From contig DAOWGP010000052.1 in assembly GCA_030637405.1 (NCBI GenBank), forward strand, positions 1 through 60,401: a stretch of DNA of 60,401 nt. Direction: 5' to 3'. Below are positions 9,738-20,101 of the stretch, piece by piece; position 1 is the first letter of the stretch; every line of letters begins with the position of its first letter. The notes beneath the pieces were generated by a model. It worked only from the letters and a program-made list of their open reading frames with translations, searched no databases and was not told the origin of the DNA. The DNA comes from Candidatus Omnitrophota bacterium. Lineage in GTDB: Bacteria > Omnitrophota > Gorgyraeia > Zapsychrales > Zapsychraceae. The translations under genes were made by a program, and so were the position numbers.

Positions 9738-10364
9738 TTACGTCACTATGTTCCGTAAAGTGTGTGCTTGTCGAAACTCTTTGATCTTTTTACGGGCAAA
9801 ACCAACTGAAACATGATCTGATCCGCTGCCGAATTTGTTGGCATGAGAGGTAATCTTGATCTGGTCAAGCTCGTCATATGTTACATGACGTCTTTTTTCG
9901 CCAACCAAACAAAGGTTTAATCCTTTCCTCTCGACAGTAACCGGCTCAATGCCAAAAAGCTTAACAAATGCCGGCAATGTCGCCTCTGAATAACCCCACT
10001 TGTGGTTTCCAAAGTGCCCAATATAGGTTTTAGATTCCCACATATTTTCGCCGAAAATAAAATCGACGAAATTATCATACCCGAATTTAAAATATTTAAA
10101 AAGAATCTTTTTAAAATTCGGGACTTGAAGGGTCACCTTCCCGCCTATCTTTAAAACCCTTATCCATTCATAGAAAACAACAAAGCGGAGATATTTATCA
10201 AAATGTTCCAGCACATCCTCGGCCAGAATTTCATCGGCAGCCAGATCATCATAAGGCAAAGGCTGGCTGATATCATGGAGAAGATCCGGCTGACATGCTT
10301 CGACCGAATCGATATTGATCCACCCTTCAAGTTTTTTTGTCCCGCAACCTAGATGTAACTTCAT
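9738..10364 (-). CDS. Class I SAM-dependent methyltransferase-like protein
   Basis: KLHLGCG...GWINID, VLEHF, RVLKIGG motifs. Confidence 0.8.
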   Translation of the reverse strand: MKLHLGCGTKKLEGWINIDSVEACQPDLLHDISQPLPYDDLAADEILAEDVLEHFDKYLRFVVFYEWIRVLKIGGKVTLQVPNFKKILFKYFKFGYDNFVDFIFGENMWESKTYIGHFGNHKWGYSEATLPAFVKLFGIEPVTVERKGLNLCLVGEKRRHVTYDELDQIKITSHANKFGSGSDHVSVGFARKKIKEFRQAHTLRNIVT

Positions 10365-10448
10365 GGGATTTTACAATTCCGTTGCTTGTTGCTCATTGTT
10401 CGTCAATCACATCCTCCGAGCAACGATTCACAAGCAACGATTTACGAT

Positions 10449-11441
10449 TTATTTCTTCATCCAGGGCATCATCTCGCGAAGAGTTTTCCCGACCTTCTCA
10501 ACGGAATGATTCTGTGAATCTTTACGGAACGTATTAAAATTAGGTCGCCCTTTTTTATTCTCACGCATCCATTCCCGCGCGAATTTCCCGGATTGAACCT
10601 CAGCAAGGATCTTTTTCATCTCTTTGCGCGTGCGGTCATTAATAATCCTGGGCCCTCGTGTATAGTCGCCATATTCCGCCGTATCTGAAACACGGCTTCT
10701 CATTCCCTTAATACCGTGTTCATAAATAAGATCAACGATCAGTTTTAATTCATGCACGCATTCGAAATACGCCATTTCAGGAGCGTATCCCGCTTCAACC
10801 AATGTTTCAAAACCCGCCTTCATAAGCTCACTTGCGCCACCACAGAGAACAGCCTGTTCGCCAAAAAGATCTGTTTCGGTTTCTTCCCTGAAACTGGTTT
10901 CAAATATACCGGCCCGTCCGCCACCGATCCCTTTGGCATACGCTAAGGCATCTTTAAGCGCGTTACCGGAAGCATCCTGATGGATCGCGACCAGACACGG
11001 CACGCCTTTACCTTCCTCGAACTGACTTCGGACTAAAGCCCCGGGGCCTTTAGGCGCGATCATCCATACGTCGATGTCTTCCGGCGGTTTAATTTGCCCG
11101 AAATGAATATTAAATCCATGAGAAAAAGCGATCGATTTTCCCTTTGTTAAATAACGTTTCAGTGATTTCCTGTAAATGACCGCCTGAACATGATCCTGAG
11201 TTAATATCATAATCACATCGGCCTTCTTCGCCGCATCTTTCGCTTTGATAGGTTTAAACCCATCTTTTTTCGCGATTTCATAATTGGGCGAATCGGGAAG
11301 TTCAGCAATAATAACGTTTAGCCCACTATCGCGTAAATTTAACGCCTGGCCGCGCCCCTGAATGCCATAACCGATAATGGCGATGGTCCGGTCTTTATAC
11401 ACATCTAAATCAGCATCTTTGTCATAGTAAATTTTTGCCAT
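10449..11441 (-). CDS. ilvC: Ketol-acid reductoisomerase (start corrected to ATG 11441)
   Basis: [41 protein letters not shown]; AAGGA RBS before 11441. Confidence 0.96.
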   Translation of the reverse strand: MAKIYYDKDADLDVYKDRTIAIIGYGIQGRGQALNLRDSGLNVIIAELPDSPNYEIAKKDGFKPIKAKDAAKKADVIMILTQDHVQAVIYRKSLKRYLTKGKSIAFSHGFNIHFGQIKPPEDIDVWMIAPKGPGALVRSQFEEGKGVPCLVAIHQDASGNALKDALAYAKGIGGGRAGIFETSFREETETDLFGEQAVLCGGASELMKAGFETLVEAGYAPEMAYFECVHELKLIVDLIYEHGIKGMRSRVSDTAEYGDYTRGPRIINDRTRKEMKKILAEVQSGKFAREWMRENKKGRPNFNTFRKDSQNHSVEKVGKTLREMMPWMKK

Positions 11442-11470
11442 TTTTCTTCCTTTCTTTAACAAATCGCTTC

Positions 11471-11542
11471 AGCGAAGCTGAGCTCGGGCGTTGGCGTGGC
11501 GCACAGCAACACGCCAACAATTAATAGACGAAGTTCGTGTTT
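11471..11542. repeat. Direct repeat A flanking cassette array 1
   Basis: AGCTCGGGCGTTGGCGTGGCGC...CGCCAACAATTAATA.ACGA...TCGTGTTT shared with 13489..13558; internal GTTGGCGTG/CACGCCAAC hairpin. Confidence 0.8.
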
Positions 11543-11581
11543 ATTTTATTTTTTCTATGTGTTATGAATTTTTTCTTATTA

Positions 11582-11983
11582 TTAATTTCGATTTTCTAAT
11601 TTTTTTATTCGTTCTATTAATAATGCTGTTGTAATCGTTGCATTACATATTAGAATTGGTGTGAGAAAATATCCAATTGAATTTATACCAAATATAATTA
11701 AGCAAATTATTCCTGCGCCACTACACAAAAAAAATATTAAGGACATATTTTCTATATTAAAAGAATAAATTGCATTGATTAAATAATATATTCCTGAAAA
11801 ATATGACGCTACCAATGCCATTAGTAAGCAAACAAATATGTATACTATCCAATGTCCTTCAAAATTATTATATAAATCAATCAAGAAATCTTGAACACCG
11901 CATCCAATAATGGAAGGTATAACCATAATCCATGCGAATAAATAAACATTTTTAAATATTTTTTTCATTTGTTTATTATTCAT
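11582..11983 (-). CDS. Cassette-encoded hypothetical multi-pass membrane protein
   Basis: 133 aa, about 4 hydrophobic segments; ATG overlaps the attC R' core GTTATGA. Confidence 0.75.
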   Translation of the reverse strand: MNNKQMKKIFKNVYLFAWIMVIPSIIGCGVQDFLIDLYNNFEGHWIVYIFVCLLMALVASYFSGIYYLINAIYSFNIENMSLIFFLCSGAGIICLIIFGINSIGYFLTPILICNATITTALLIERIKKLENRN

Positions 11984-12057
11984 AACGTTAGAATTCAGCG
12001 GTGGTGAACAAGCCCGTTAGGACGTGACGAACCATCCTCTGGAATGGATTGTTAGAT
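11980..12057 (-). other. attC site (78 bp)
   Basis: Minus strand ATCTAAC-AATCC-ATTCCAGA...GCTGAAT-TCTAAC-GTTATGA: canonical R''/L''/L'/R' spacing. Confidence 0.9.
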
Positions 12058-12079
12058 GATTTATAAAACAATACTTAAA

Positions 12080-12514
12080 TTAACGGCCTTTAAATTTATA
12101 ATTTTCTAAAGAAAACTTTTTATAGAGCGGATCGTTTTTAATATCTGATTTTAATTTTTCTATTTGCTCGTCTGACATCCCTTTTCTTTTTAACTCGGCC
12201 AGCCCTTCTGAAGTCTCAAGTAACCAATTTAATTGTTTATCTATCCGTTGGGTTTTTATGAGTATTTTATCTCCTATAAAAGCTACAACAAATCATGTGA
12301 GAATACCAAGAAAAATTGAAAATATAACATTGAATCTAAAAATCATGGCATATAAGAAAATGCTACTAAAACCAATAAGAAGGTAAATTATTGCATAAAT
12401 ACGTCCCCACCGAGTAGTTTTAAGCAATTCAAGGCTCTGTCTTACTATCGCCCGCATTCTTAACTTTTCCATTTTTTCTTCAAATTCTTTAGTTTTTTCC
12501 ATTATATTATTCAT
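12080..12514 (-). pseudogene. Cassette membrane-protein ORF interrupted by a single in-frame TGA (12293..12295)
   Basis: Frame continues FVVAFIGDKILIKTQRID...KFKGR to TAA at 12080, filling the cassette. Confidence 0.75.
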
Positions 12515-12573
12515 CTAACGCGGCAGATGAACGGCGTCGCGCAGAGACGTCCGTCTCAATCTGCTTGTTAGGT
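12513..12573 (-). other. attC site (61 bp)
   Basis: Minus strand ACCTAAC-AAGCA-GATTGAGA-CGGACGTC...GACGCCG-TTCATCTGCCGC-GTTAGAT, 4 bp after the RES gene stop. Confidence 0.88.
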
Positions 12574-12577
12574 GTCT

Positions 12578-13306
12578 TTATTGATCGTTATATTTATACT
12601 TTATCTTGCTGATGCGAACCACTTTCCTTTTACCATTATTAGGACTAACATAATTCTTATCAAACAACACATAATTTGTGCCATCTTCTTTCACAGAACT
12701 CGGAAAACCAATTCCATCATATCTTTTTGATTTAATGAAATCTGAAATAATTTGAGTCGAAGCATAATGTATGTGACGTAATTGAGGAAGAACTGGGGAT
12801 GAGACTAAAAATTGAACAGTATCGATTAAAGTAACCTTATGAGAATCAGCACCTGCTGCAAGTCTGACCGCACCGCTTGTGATCTTGGAAAAATCTATTA
12901 TTTGAATATCCTTATTTAATGTTAACGTAAATATGGTGACATAAGCAGATAAAAGAGGCTTCACTTCATATATTGCCGTCTCCATTTCTTTCGATAAATA
13001 TTGATATGAAAATCCAGGAGGATTGAATCTGCCTCCACAATTTTGTGTAGTATTATTGTATTGGTATTCTAAAGGAGAAGATAATCCGAAATCTTTTATG
13101 GTATCATGAATTTTAGCCCAATAAAATTTCGTGCCTTCTTTAAAAGTAATTTTATAAGAATATTGGTCAATAAGTTCATTTAATAACTCTTTTGTGTTTT
13201 CTAAAGGAAAGGACCGATTGTGTTCCTTAGACCTAAGAATAAAAAAACGAAATCTTTCTTCAAAAGGCAAACTGTCGATTTTCTTTGACGAATCTGAAGT
13301 TGTCAC
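12578..13306 (-). CDS. RES-domain protein (NAD+ phosphorylase/ART-fold family), cassette-borne
   Basis: GGRFNPPGFSYQYLS, TAIYEV, YASTQIISDFIK, YDGIGFPSS, GTNYVLF. Confidence 0.85.
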   Translation of the reverse strand: MTTSDSSKKIDSLPFEERFRFFILRSKEHNRSFPLENTKELLNELIDQYSYKITFKEGTKFYWAKIHDTIKDFGLSSPLEYQYNNTTQNCGGRFNPPGFSYQYLSKEMETAIYEVKPLLSAYVTIFTLTLNKDIQIIDFSKITSGAVRLAAGADSHKVTLIDTVQFLVSSPVLPQLRHIHYASTQIISDFIKSKRYDGIGFPSSVKEDGTNYVLFDKNYVSPNNGKRKVVRISKIKYKYNDQ

Positions 13307-13488
13307 TTATTCATACCTCCTCAGATAGGATTTTCCATTCGTAATCCCAGGAAATTCCTGTAATAGCAAACTCAAAGTATTAATTGTTACCCTTCCATTA
13401 TTTATACCTAACTATTCGGTCGAGTAACATTTCGTATTCCCGAGACCTTTTCTTGTGCGGTGAAAAGCAGCCAATAACTCGATGGAAA

Positions 13489-13558
13489 AGCGAAAGCTTA
13501 GCTCGGGCGTTGGCGTGGCGCGCAGCGCGCCAACAATTAATATACGACAGTCGTGTTT
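13489..13558. repeat. Direct repeat B flanking cassette array 1
   Basis: Diverged copy of 11471..11542 in the same orientation. Confidence 0.8.
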
Positions 13559-13612
13559 GCTAGCGATTTACTTATCAACTTGAGTTTGGCAAATTTTAAC
13601 TGATCTCGATGA

Positions 13613-13768
13613 GTCATCCTGAGCGCGGCGTATGTTTTTCCTTAATATTTAATTCAGAGGAAAACATTACGTACTTGTTTCATCCAAATTATTTTGAAAA
13701 ACAAGTGCAAAGGATCTCAAGTTCAGATTCTTCCACCCCATTGCCTAACGATGGAGTGTCAGAATGAC
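13613..13768. repeat. REP doublet (GTCATCCTGAGCG...AAGGATCT / AGATTCTT...TCAGAATGAC) carrying a nested 80-bp double-hairpin element (13629..13708)
   Basis: Inverted termini GTCATCCTGA/TCAGAATGAC; insert recurs at 58091..58168. Confidence 0.7.
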
Positions 13769-13857
13769 AGCAGTTTTTAGTATACTTTTTATCGGACAGT
13801 TATGTTCTTTTCTAAAGCGTCTTAAAAATTCAGCCCCTTACTTATAGAAACATTTGC

Positions 13858-14823
13858 TTACCGTAACAACTTAATCAGTTTCAAATACTCATCTACATGT
13901 TTATTCTCACGTTTGCAAGCCATCGGCAGATCAACAACATTGATCTCATCTTCCCAAACGCCGACCGCTTTGCCAGAGATGCCCCGCATAAACAGATCAA
14001 CAGCTTGAGCCCCCAACCGGGTCGCTAGAACGCGATCATCCCCGACGGGAGTGCCGCCACGTTGGACATGCCCTAAAACAACAAAACGTGTTTCTAATCC
14101 GGTCATTTCTTTAATCGTACCGGCAACATCCGGCGCTTTTGCGGCTCCTTCGGCCACAATGATCATCCAGCTGACTTTTCCAAGCTTGTTCCCCCGAACA
14201 ATATTTTGATAGAGCTCGTTATAGTCGAATTTACGTTCAGGAATAATAACGTCCTCAGCGCCGGCGCCTAAGGCCACCTCAAGAGCAATATAGCCGGAAT
14301 GGTTTCCCATTACTTCAATAACAAAGATCCGCTCCATACTATGCGCCGTATCACGAATTTTATCGATCGATTCCAGCGCCGTATTGACAGCCGTATGACA
14401 GCCGATTGTTTGATCCGTTCCACATAGATCATTATCAATGGTGCCGGGCAATCCAATCGTAGGAATATCATGCTTTCCTGAAAGATCTTGTGCCCCGCGG
14501 TAAGACCCGTCGCCGCCGATGACAATAACCGCGTCAATCGCGTGCTTCTTTAATATTTGAAGCGCGGCTTTCTGGCCTTCTTCCGTCTTAAATTCCTTAG
14601 ACCGAGCTGTTTTGAGAATCGTCCCGCCACGGTTAATAATATTCGAAACAGAGCGGTGGTTCAGCGGGATAATCTCATCGTCAATCAAGCCCTGATAGCC
14701 GCGAATAATGCCGGCAACTTCTAACCCGTTAGATAATGAACAGCGTACAACGCTGCGGATCGCCGCGTTCATTCCCGGCCCGTCACCCCCGGAAGTTAAG
14801 ATACCGACTTTTTTAATTGCCAT
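13858..14823 (-). CDS. pfkA: ATP-dependent 6-phosphofructokinase
   Basis: LTSGGDGPGMNAA, GGTILKTAR, IGGDGS, PGTIDND, EVMG, LGHVQRGG. Confidence 0.96.
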   Translation of the reverse strand: MAIKKVGILTSGGDGPGMNAAIRSVVRCSLSNGLEVAGIIRGYQGLIDDEIIPLNHRSVSNIINRGGTILKTARSKEFKTEEGQKAALQILKKHAIDAVIVIGGDGSYRGAQDLSGKHDIPTIGLPGTIDNDLCGTDQTIGCHTAVNTALESIDKIRDTAHSMERIFVIEVMGNHSGYIALEVALGAGAEDVIIPERKFDYNELYQNIVRGNKLGKVSWMIIVAEGAAKAPDVAGTIKEMTGLETRFVVLGHVQRGGTPVGDDRVLATRLGAQAVDLFMRGISGKAVGVWEDEINVVDLPMACKRENKHVDEYLKLIKLLR

Positions 14824-14824
14824 A

Positions 14825-16546
14825 TTAGATCCCCGGAATGTTCATCGCGCGCGGATGGTCAACGCTGAATGAATAAAATATTTCTCCTTTTTCCTTTTGG
14901 CGTAATGAAAACTCCCAGCGCCAAATACCTTTACGGTCTTTCCAATCCTTATCTTTCGGCTTTTGGCTGACATCAAAAGTTTTCACCTTAACGCGATCAT
15001 TTTGCGATACGGGAATCGCCTCAAAAAGATGAACATTGATCTCTCTATTCTTATAATTCTCAACAGTCAATTTATACTGAAAACTCGTCACGCGATTTGG
15101 CGATTTGATCCCTCCGATCAAAATATCGTCAACATTGCGCGAGACTTGCTCCCGCTTGACCTTGACATTTTCATCAACCCCTAAGTAAAGATTAAATTCT
15201 TCCCCGGGCCCGATATTATCAATGTTAGATTTGCCGATATAATCCCCGTCAAGAAACAGGTTGACTTGCCCCGCGAGCAATTGCAAATCTTTCGAATTAA
15301 CAACACGGCTTCCCAGATAAGCAAACGGCTTTAAGCGCGGATAGCTTGAATATTCAAAATTCGCGATCAAAACTTGGGACGAAATCGGATACTTATTTTC
15401 TGACCCGTCAGACTTGATCGTCACCGGGCGTACAATTTTATAGACAACCGAAATCCCTTTTTGCTCTACTTGAGAATACGCTAACGTCGCTTCCGCTTCC
15501 ATTGGCGTATTTGCAAGTTCCTCGTCAAGCATGAAAGCATCATATTGCCCCCCTATTCCTTCTGCCACAGGCGCTGCCATTTGCTTCATAAACATTCGGC
15601 CTGATGCTCTTCCCTTATCTTCTCTTCTGCGCGGTTGATATGGCCTCAGGATCCACGGCTCAACATACGGCATGCGCCCACTCACCGTCGGCTGGGCAGT
15701 TGAAAGGGTCAGATGCACATCTTCCCAATCTTCGCCCGTCGCCTGCTTGATCATTCCAAAAGAAGTCAATTCAACTTCTTTTTTATCATAATTAGCCCGG
15801 GCGTCATAAACTGAACGCCAGTTAGCCCCACGCACAAGATAGGAAACATCAAGAGCGAAATTTCCGGCTTTTGCGCACTCCAGATCAACAACAAGCAACC
15901 GTTGTTGTTGGTTGCCGGAACTCTTCAACTGACTAAGCTGGCGCCGCGCAACATCCTTTTCCTTCTTCAGTTCCCTTATCCTGATATCGGTAGCCTGTTT
16001 TCGTTTCTCAACAGCCGAATAACGCTCAAACAAAAAGCTGCGTACGCCCTCGAGATTCTCGATAGAAGGCATCGCCGTGACCAAATCTTTCGGAGTCTGC
16101 TGCCCGGAAAATAATTTTATAGAATCAAGATACTCGCGCTCTTTGCCCAAGATCAAAAGGGTATTATTTGCCGCTTGGATCTGGTCCGCCAAACTTTCGA
16201 TCAATGCCAGCAATTCCTGGACACGTTCGTCCGCGGCGTCTTTGGAATATTCTCGTTTAATATAAGCGCCGAATATCTTGACATCCGCGGTTCCTGTGCC
16301 CGTCACCGTAAGAGAATTTTCATCTAATTGGGGGATAATATTCTCAAAAACAATGCTGTATTCACCAATAGATAGGTCAACTTTTGCCTCTCGCGTAACA
16401 CGTGCCGAACCCGGATAAACCGTCACTTCGGTAATATTCGATTCCGCCGGCAGATTCTCGGCAAAACTGCCGGAAACAATATTTAGAGAAAACAGTCCTA
16501 AAACAACGGTGATCTTAATTAACCTGATGGCCGCATTTGATTGCAT
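14825..16546 (-). CDS. DUF4140/DUF4139 (MuiA-like) secreted protein
   Basis: Signal peptide, ITEVTVYPGSARVTR, coiled coil, W..YD, QATGEDW.DV.LTLST. Confidence 0.85.
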   Translation of the reverse strand: MQSNAAIRLIKITVVLGLFSLNIVSGSFAENLPAESNITEVTVYPGSARVTREAKVDLSIGEYSIVFENIIPQLDENSLTVTGTGTADVKIFGAYIKREYSKDAADERVQELLALIESLADQIQAANNTLLILGKEREYLDSIKLFSGQQTPKDLVTAMPSIENLEGVRSFLFERYSAVEKRKQATDIRIRELKKEKDVARRQLSQLKSSGNQQQRLLVVDLECAKAGNFALDVSYLVRGANWRSVYDARANYDKKEVELTSFGMIKQATGEDWEDVHLTLSTAQPTVSGRMPYVEPWILRPYQPRRREDKGRASGRMFMKQMAAPVAEGIGGQYDAFMLDEELANTPMEAEATLAYSQVEQKGISVVYKIVRPVTIKSDGSENKYPISSQVLIANFEYSSYPRLKPFAYLGSRVVNSKDLQLLAGQVNLFLDGDYIGKSNIDNIGPGEEFNLYLGVDENVKVKREQVSRNVDDILIGGIKSPNRVTSFQYKLTVENYKNREINVHLFEAIPVSQNDRVKVKTFDVSQKPKDKDWKDRKGIWRWEFSLRQKEKGEIFYSFSVDHPRAMNIPGI

Positions 16547-16673
16547 TGTCTTTCTCCTGTTTAAGAGTTATCCCTTTAAAAAGCTACAAACCAGAAAGCA
16601 CGGAAAATCATTACCCTAGATGAAAATCCGTGCCATAGTCCGTCTTATTTAAAATGAATAGATCCCTGCTTTA

Positions 16674-18089
16674 TCAATATCGATAATGGTCGGATTTATA
16701 TGGACCTTCGACCGGAATGCCAAGATAAGCCGCTTGTTTTTCAGTTAGCTTTGTCAATTTGACACCAACATTCATAAGATGCAGACGGGCCACCTCTTCA
16801 TCAAGCTGCTTGGGTAACCGGTAGACATCCGTCTTATACTCATTTTTCCAAAGCTCGATTTGAGCCAGAGTTTGATTGGTAAACGAGTTGCTCATGACAA
16901 ATGACGGGTGCCCGGTCGCGCATCCTAAATTAACAAGCCGTCCATCAGCCAAAAGAATAATCGAATGACCGTCAGGAAAATAATATTCGTCCACTTGCGG
17001 TTTAACATTGACCTTCTTCACCCCGGGCCATTTCTCAAGCTGGGCAACCTGAATTTCATTGTCAAAGTGCCCGATATTGCACACAATGGCCTTATCTTTC
17101 ATCTTTGAGAGGTGATCAGCCGTAATGACATCACAATTACCTGTTGTCGTGACATAGATATTCCCTTCACTAAGAGCGTCTTCTAGCGGTTTTACTTCAT
17201 AACCTTCCATCGCCGCTTGAAGAGCACAGATCGGGTCGATTTCCGTGACAATGACACGCGCCCCATAGGTCTTCATTGAATGCGCGCATCCCTTGCCAAC
17301 ATCCCCGTAACCACAAACAACAACAACTTTTCCGGCAATCATAATATCGGTCGCCCGTTTGATGCCATCCGCCAAAGATTCCCGGCAACCGTAAAGATTA
17401 TCGAATTTCGATTTTGTCACTGAATCGTTAACATTGAACGCGGGAAACAACAACTTGTCCTGCTCCATCATCTGATATAATCGATGAACACCTGTCGTTG
17501 TCTCTTCAGAGACTCCTTTAATGGCCTTAACCGTATCATGCCATTTCTTCGGTTCTTCCCTGAGTATTCCTTTCAAACAGGCCAATAATTCCCGCTCATC
17601 TTCGGCATCGGTCTTTTTCTCTAAAACAGAAGCGTCATCTTCCGCTTCATATCCCAGATGCACCATTAAAGTCGCATCCCCGCCATCATCGACGATCAAT
17701 GTTGGGCCTTTCCCTCCGGGAAATGATAAAGCCTGCTTTGTACACCACCAATAATCCTTCAGGGTCTCGCCTTTCCAGGCAAATACGGGAACTCCTAAAT
17801 CAGCAATGGCCGCTGCCGCATGATCCTGCGTTGAGAAAATATTGCAACTAGCCCAACGGACATCGGCCCCTAACGCTTTGAGCGTCTTGATCAGTACAGC
17901 TGTCTGGATCGTCATATGCAGAGAACCCATAATACGGGCTCCGGCCAACGGGTTTTGCCCTTTATATTTTCCCTGAATAGACATTAAACCCGGCATTTCT
18001 GCTTCCGCTAATTCAATTTCTTTGTGCCCCCATTCGGCCAAAGAAATATCCTTCACTTTATAATCATGTGTTGCCGTCATATTAGACAT
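16674..18089 (-). CDS. ahcY: Adenosylhomocysteinase
   Basis: [43 protein letters not shown]. Confidence 0.97.
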   Translation of the reverse strand: MSNMTATHDYKVKDISLAEWGHKEIELAEAEMPGLMSIQGKYKGQNPLAGARIMGSLHMTIQTAVLIKTLKALGADVRWASCNIFSTQDHAAAAIADLGVPVFAWKGETLKDYWWCTKQALSFPGGKGPTLIVDDGGDATLMVHLGYEAEDDASVLEKKTDAEDERELLACLKGILREEPKKWHDTVKAIKGVSEETTTGVHRLYQMMEQDKLLFPAFNVNDSVTKSKFDNLYGCRESLADGIKRATDIMIAGKVVVVCGYGDVGKGCAHSMKTYGARVIVTEIDPICALQAAMEGYEVKPLEDALSEGNIYVTTTGNCDVITADHLSKMKDKAIVCNIGHFDNEIQVAQLEKWPGVKKVNVKPQVDEYYFPDGHSIILLADGRLVNLGCATGHPSFVMSNSFTNQTLAQIELWKNEYKTDVYRLPKQLDEEVARLHLMNVGVKLTKLTEKQAAYLGIPVEGPYKSDHYRY

Positions 18090-18135
18090 AACTCCTCATT
18101 TTTTCTAAAATTATCTTCATTTATTGATATAACAC

Positions 18136-19308
18136 TTAAGCAACAGTAGCTTGAGCTAAACCTTCTTTCGCCAAAATTTCGACTTTCGGTGTTTTTTCCC
18201 ATGAAAATTCATCACGTCCAAAATGTCCATAGGCAGCTGTCTTTTGATAGATCGGCTTAAGAAGATCCAATTCTTTAATAATACCTTTTGGTGTTAGACC
18301 GAAATGCTTCCCTACAAGGTCAACCAGCTTTTGTTCAGATACTTTCCCTGTCCCAAAAGTATCAATCATCACGCTGACTGGTTCAGCCTTACCGATCGCA
18401 TAACCTAACTGTATCCAGCATTTTTCGGCCAATTTGGCAGCAACAATATTCTTTGCTACGTAACGAGCCATATAGGTAGCTGAACGGTCAACTTTGCTCG
18501 GATCCTTACCGGAAAAAGCACCGCCACCATGAGAAACGACTCCACCGTAAGTATCAACAATAATTTTACGTCCGGTCACACCTGTATCTGATTGAGGACC
18601 GCCAACCACAAACTTGCCGGTTTCATTCACATAGTATTTAGTGTTTTCGTCGACCAGATTACCAACGATCGGCTTAGCAATTGTTTCAATGATCTCTTTT
18701 TTAGACTCGGCCGTGATACACTTTCCGGTTTCATCTAAAATATCTTCCGTGTGCTGACAAGCTAAAACAACCGCGTCCACTCTCTTAGGTGTTCCATCTT
18801 CATATTCTACGGTCACCTGGCTCTTGCAATCCGGCCCCAGATAATCAAGCTCGCCTGACTTCCGGACATCTTCAATCCTTTTCACAAGTTTATGCGCCAG
18901 CATGATCGGAAGCGGCATAAGCTCGGGTGTATCATCGCACGCGTAGCCGATCATAATGCCCTGGTCACCAGCCCCGCCGGCATCAACACCTTGTGAAATA
19001 TCAGGAGATTGACCGACAATGGCATTGAGAATCGAACACGTCGATGAATTAAAACCGTATTTTGGATCCGTATACCCAATATCAATTAAAGTATTACGAA
19101 CAATCTTCTGAACATCAACAAATGTCGTTGTTGTAATCTCACCGCCAACGATCACAAGACCTGTTGTGATAAATGTTTCACAGGCAACGCGCCCATTTGG
19201 GTCATCTTTTAAGACCTGATCTAATACGGCATCTGAAATTTGATCACATACTTTATCCGGATGCCCATTTCCAACTGACTCTGAAGTAATAAAATACTGT
19301 CCTTTCAC
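18136..19308 (-). CDS. metK: S-adenosylmethionine synthetase
   Basis: [38 protein letters not shown]. Confidence 0.97.
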   Translation of the reverse strand: MKGQYFITSESVGNGHPDKVCDQISDAVLDQVLKDDPNGRVACETFITTGLVIVGGEITTTTFVDVQKIVRNTLIDIGYTDPKYGFNSSTCSILNAIVGQSPDISQGVDAGGAGDQGIMIGYACDDTPELMPLPIMLAHKLVKRIEDVRKSGELDYLGPDCKSQVTVEYEDGTPKRVDAVVLACQHTEDILDETGKCITAESKKEIIETIAKPIVGNLVDENTKYYVNETGKFVVGGPQSDTGVTGRKIIVDTYGGVVSHGGGAFSGKDPSKVDRSATYMARYVAKNIVAAKLAEKCWIQLGYAIGKAEPVSVMIDTFGTGKVSEQKLVDLVGKHFGLTPKGIIKELDLLKPIYQKTAAYGHFGRDEFSWEKTPKVEILAKEGLAQATVA

Positions 19309-19363
19309 TTGATCCCCTTTCTCTGTTAATAGATAATAGCGCTTTTTCCTGCACTTATTTTAT

Positions 19364-20101
19364 TTAACGAAATTTCTCCTGCGCCTCTTTATAGGCCTCA
19401 ACACTCCCAATATCATACCACATTCCCGTAAATTTAAACCCATAGACGTTATTCTTCTGATAAAGCCATCGGATATAATCTCCAGCCGTATCAGATTTTT
19501 CTGATTCTACCAAATAATCATTGATAAGGCCAAGAGAATTTTTGGGAAGATAATAAAAACACATGGCCACAAGCGTTGACTGTGGCTCCTCGGGTTTTTC
19601 TTCAAACGATACGATCTTAGAGTTCCCGTCTAACCCGGCGATACCAAACTTCGTTGCTTCTTTCAAATCCCCAACATCGTAAAGCCCGATACTCACCGAA
19701 GGGGATTTCGCTTCAGCAAATTCTATATATTCCGCAATATTGTAATCGAAGAGATTATCACCACCGATAACCAACACATCATCATCAATCTCAGTCTCTT
19801 TAAGGGCAAATTCGATATCCCCGATCGACCCTAAACGATCTTCAGGAGTTTTTGTCCCGTCATTAATGACCTGTATAGCATGTGGAAAGGCCTCTTGTTG
19901 ATCCGCCCATTCCTGAAAAATCGAATAGAATTTATCATTTGTCACAAGAATCAATTCATCGAGACTGCTTATGTCTTTGATCCGATCAAGAATATAGTCA
20001 ACAAGCGGCCGCTTATTAATCTCTAATAACGCCTTAGGTGTATTTTTCACTAAAGAATAAAGCCTTGTTCCATAACCAGCGGCTAAGATCAATGCCTTCA
20101 T
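19364..20101 (-). CDS. Sugar-phosphate nucleotidyltransferase family protein
   Basis: [35 protein letters not shown]. Confidence 0.88.
   Translation of the reverse strand: MKALILAAGYGTRLYSLVKNTPKALLEINKRPLVDYILDRIKDISSLDELILVTNDKFYSIFQEWADQQEAFPHAIQVINDGTKTPEDRLGSIGDIEFALKETEIDDDVLVIGGDNLFDYNIAEYIEFAEAKSPSVSIGLYDVGDLKEATKFGIAGLDGNSKIVSFEEKPEEPQSTLVAMCFYYLPKNSLGLINDYLVESEKSDTAGDYIRWLYQKNNVYGFKFTGMWYDIGSVEAYKEAQEKFR

Larger units (their letters stand above)
11561..13412 (-). mobile_element. Integron gene-cassette array without integrase in window (CALIN-like), 3 cassettes
   Basis: Two complete attC sites; each cassette starts with a GTT core and ends with its exact complement (GTTAGGT/ACCTAAC, GTTAGAT/ATCTAAC, GTTATGA/TCATAAC); AT-rich ORFs. 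Confidence 0.88.

Noticed and set aside
11471-13558. Possible CRISPR array from the repeated palindromes
   Set aside because: Only two copies 2 kb apart, gene-sized spacers and no cas genes; attC/cassette structure explains the region
18090-19363. SAM/SAH riboswitch near metK and ahcY
   Set aside because: Intergenic gaps are only about 45-55 bp with no aptamer motifs
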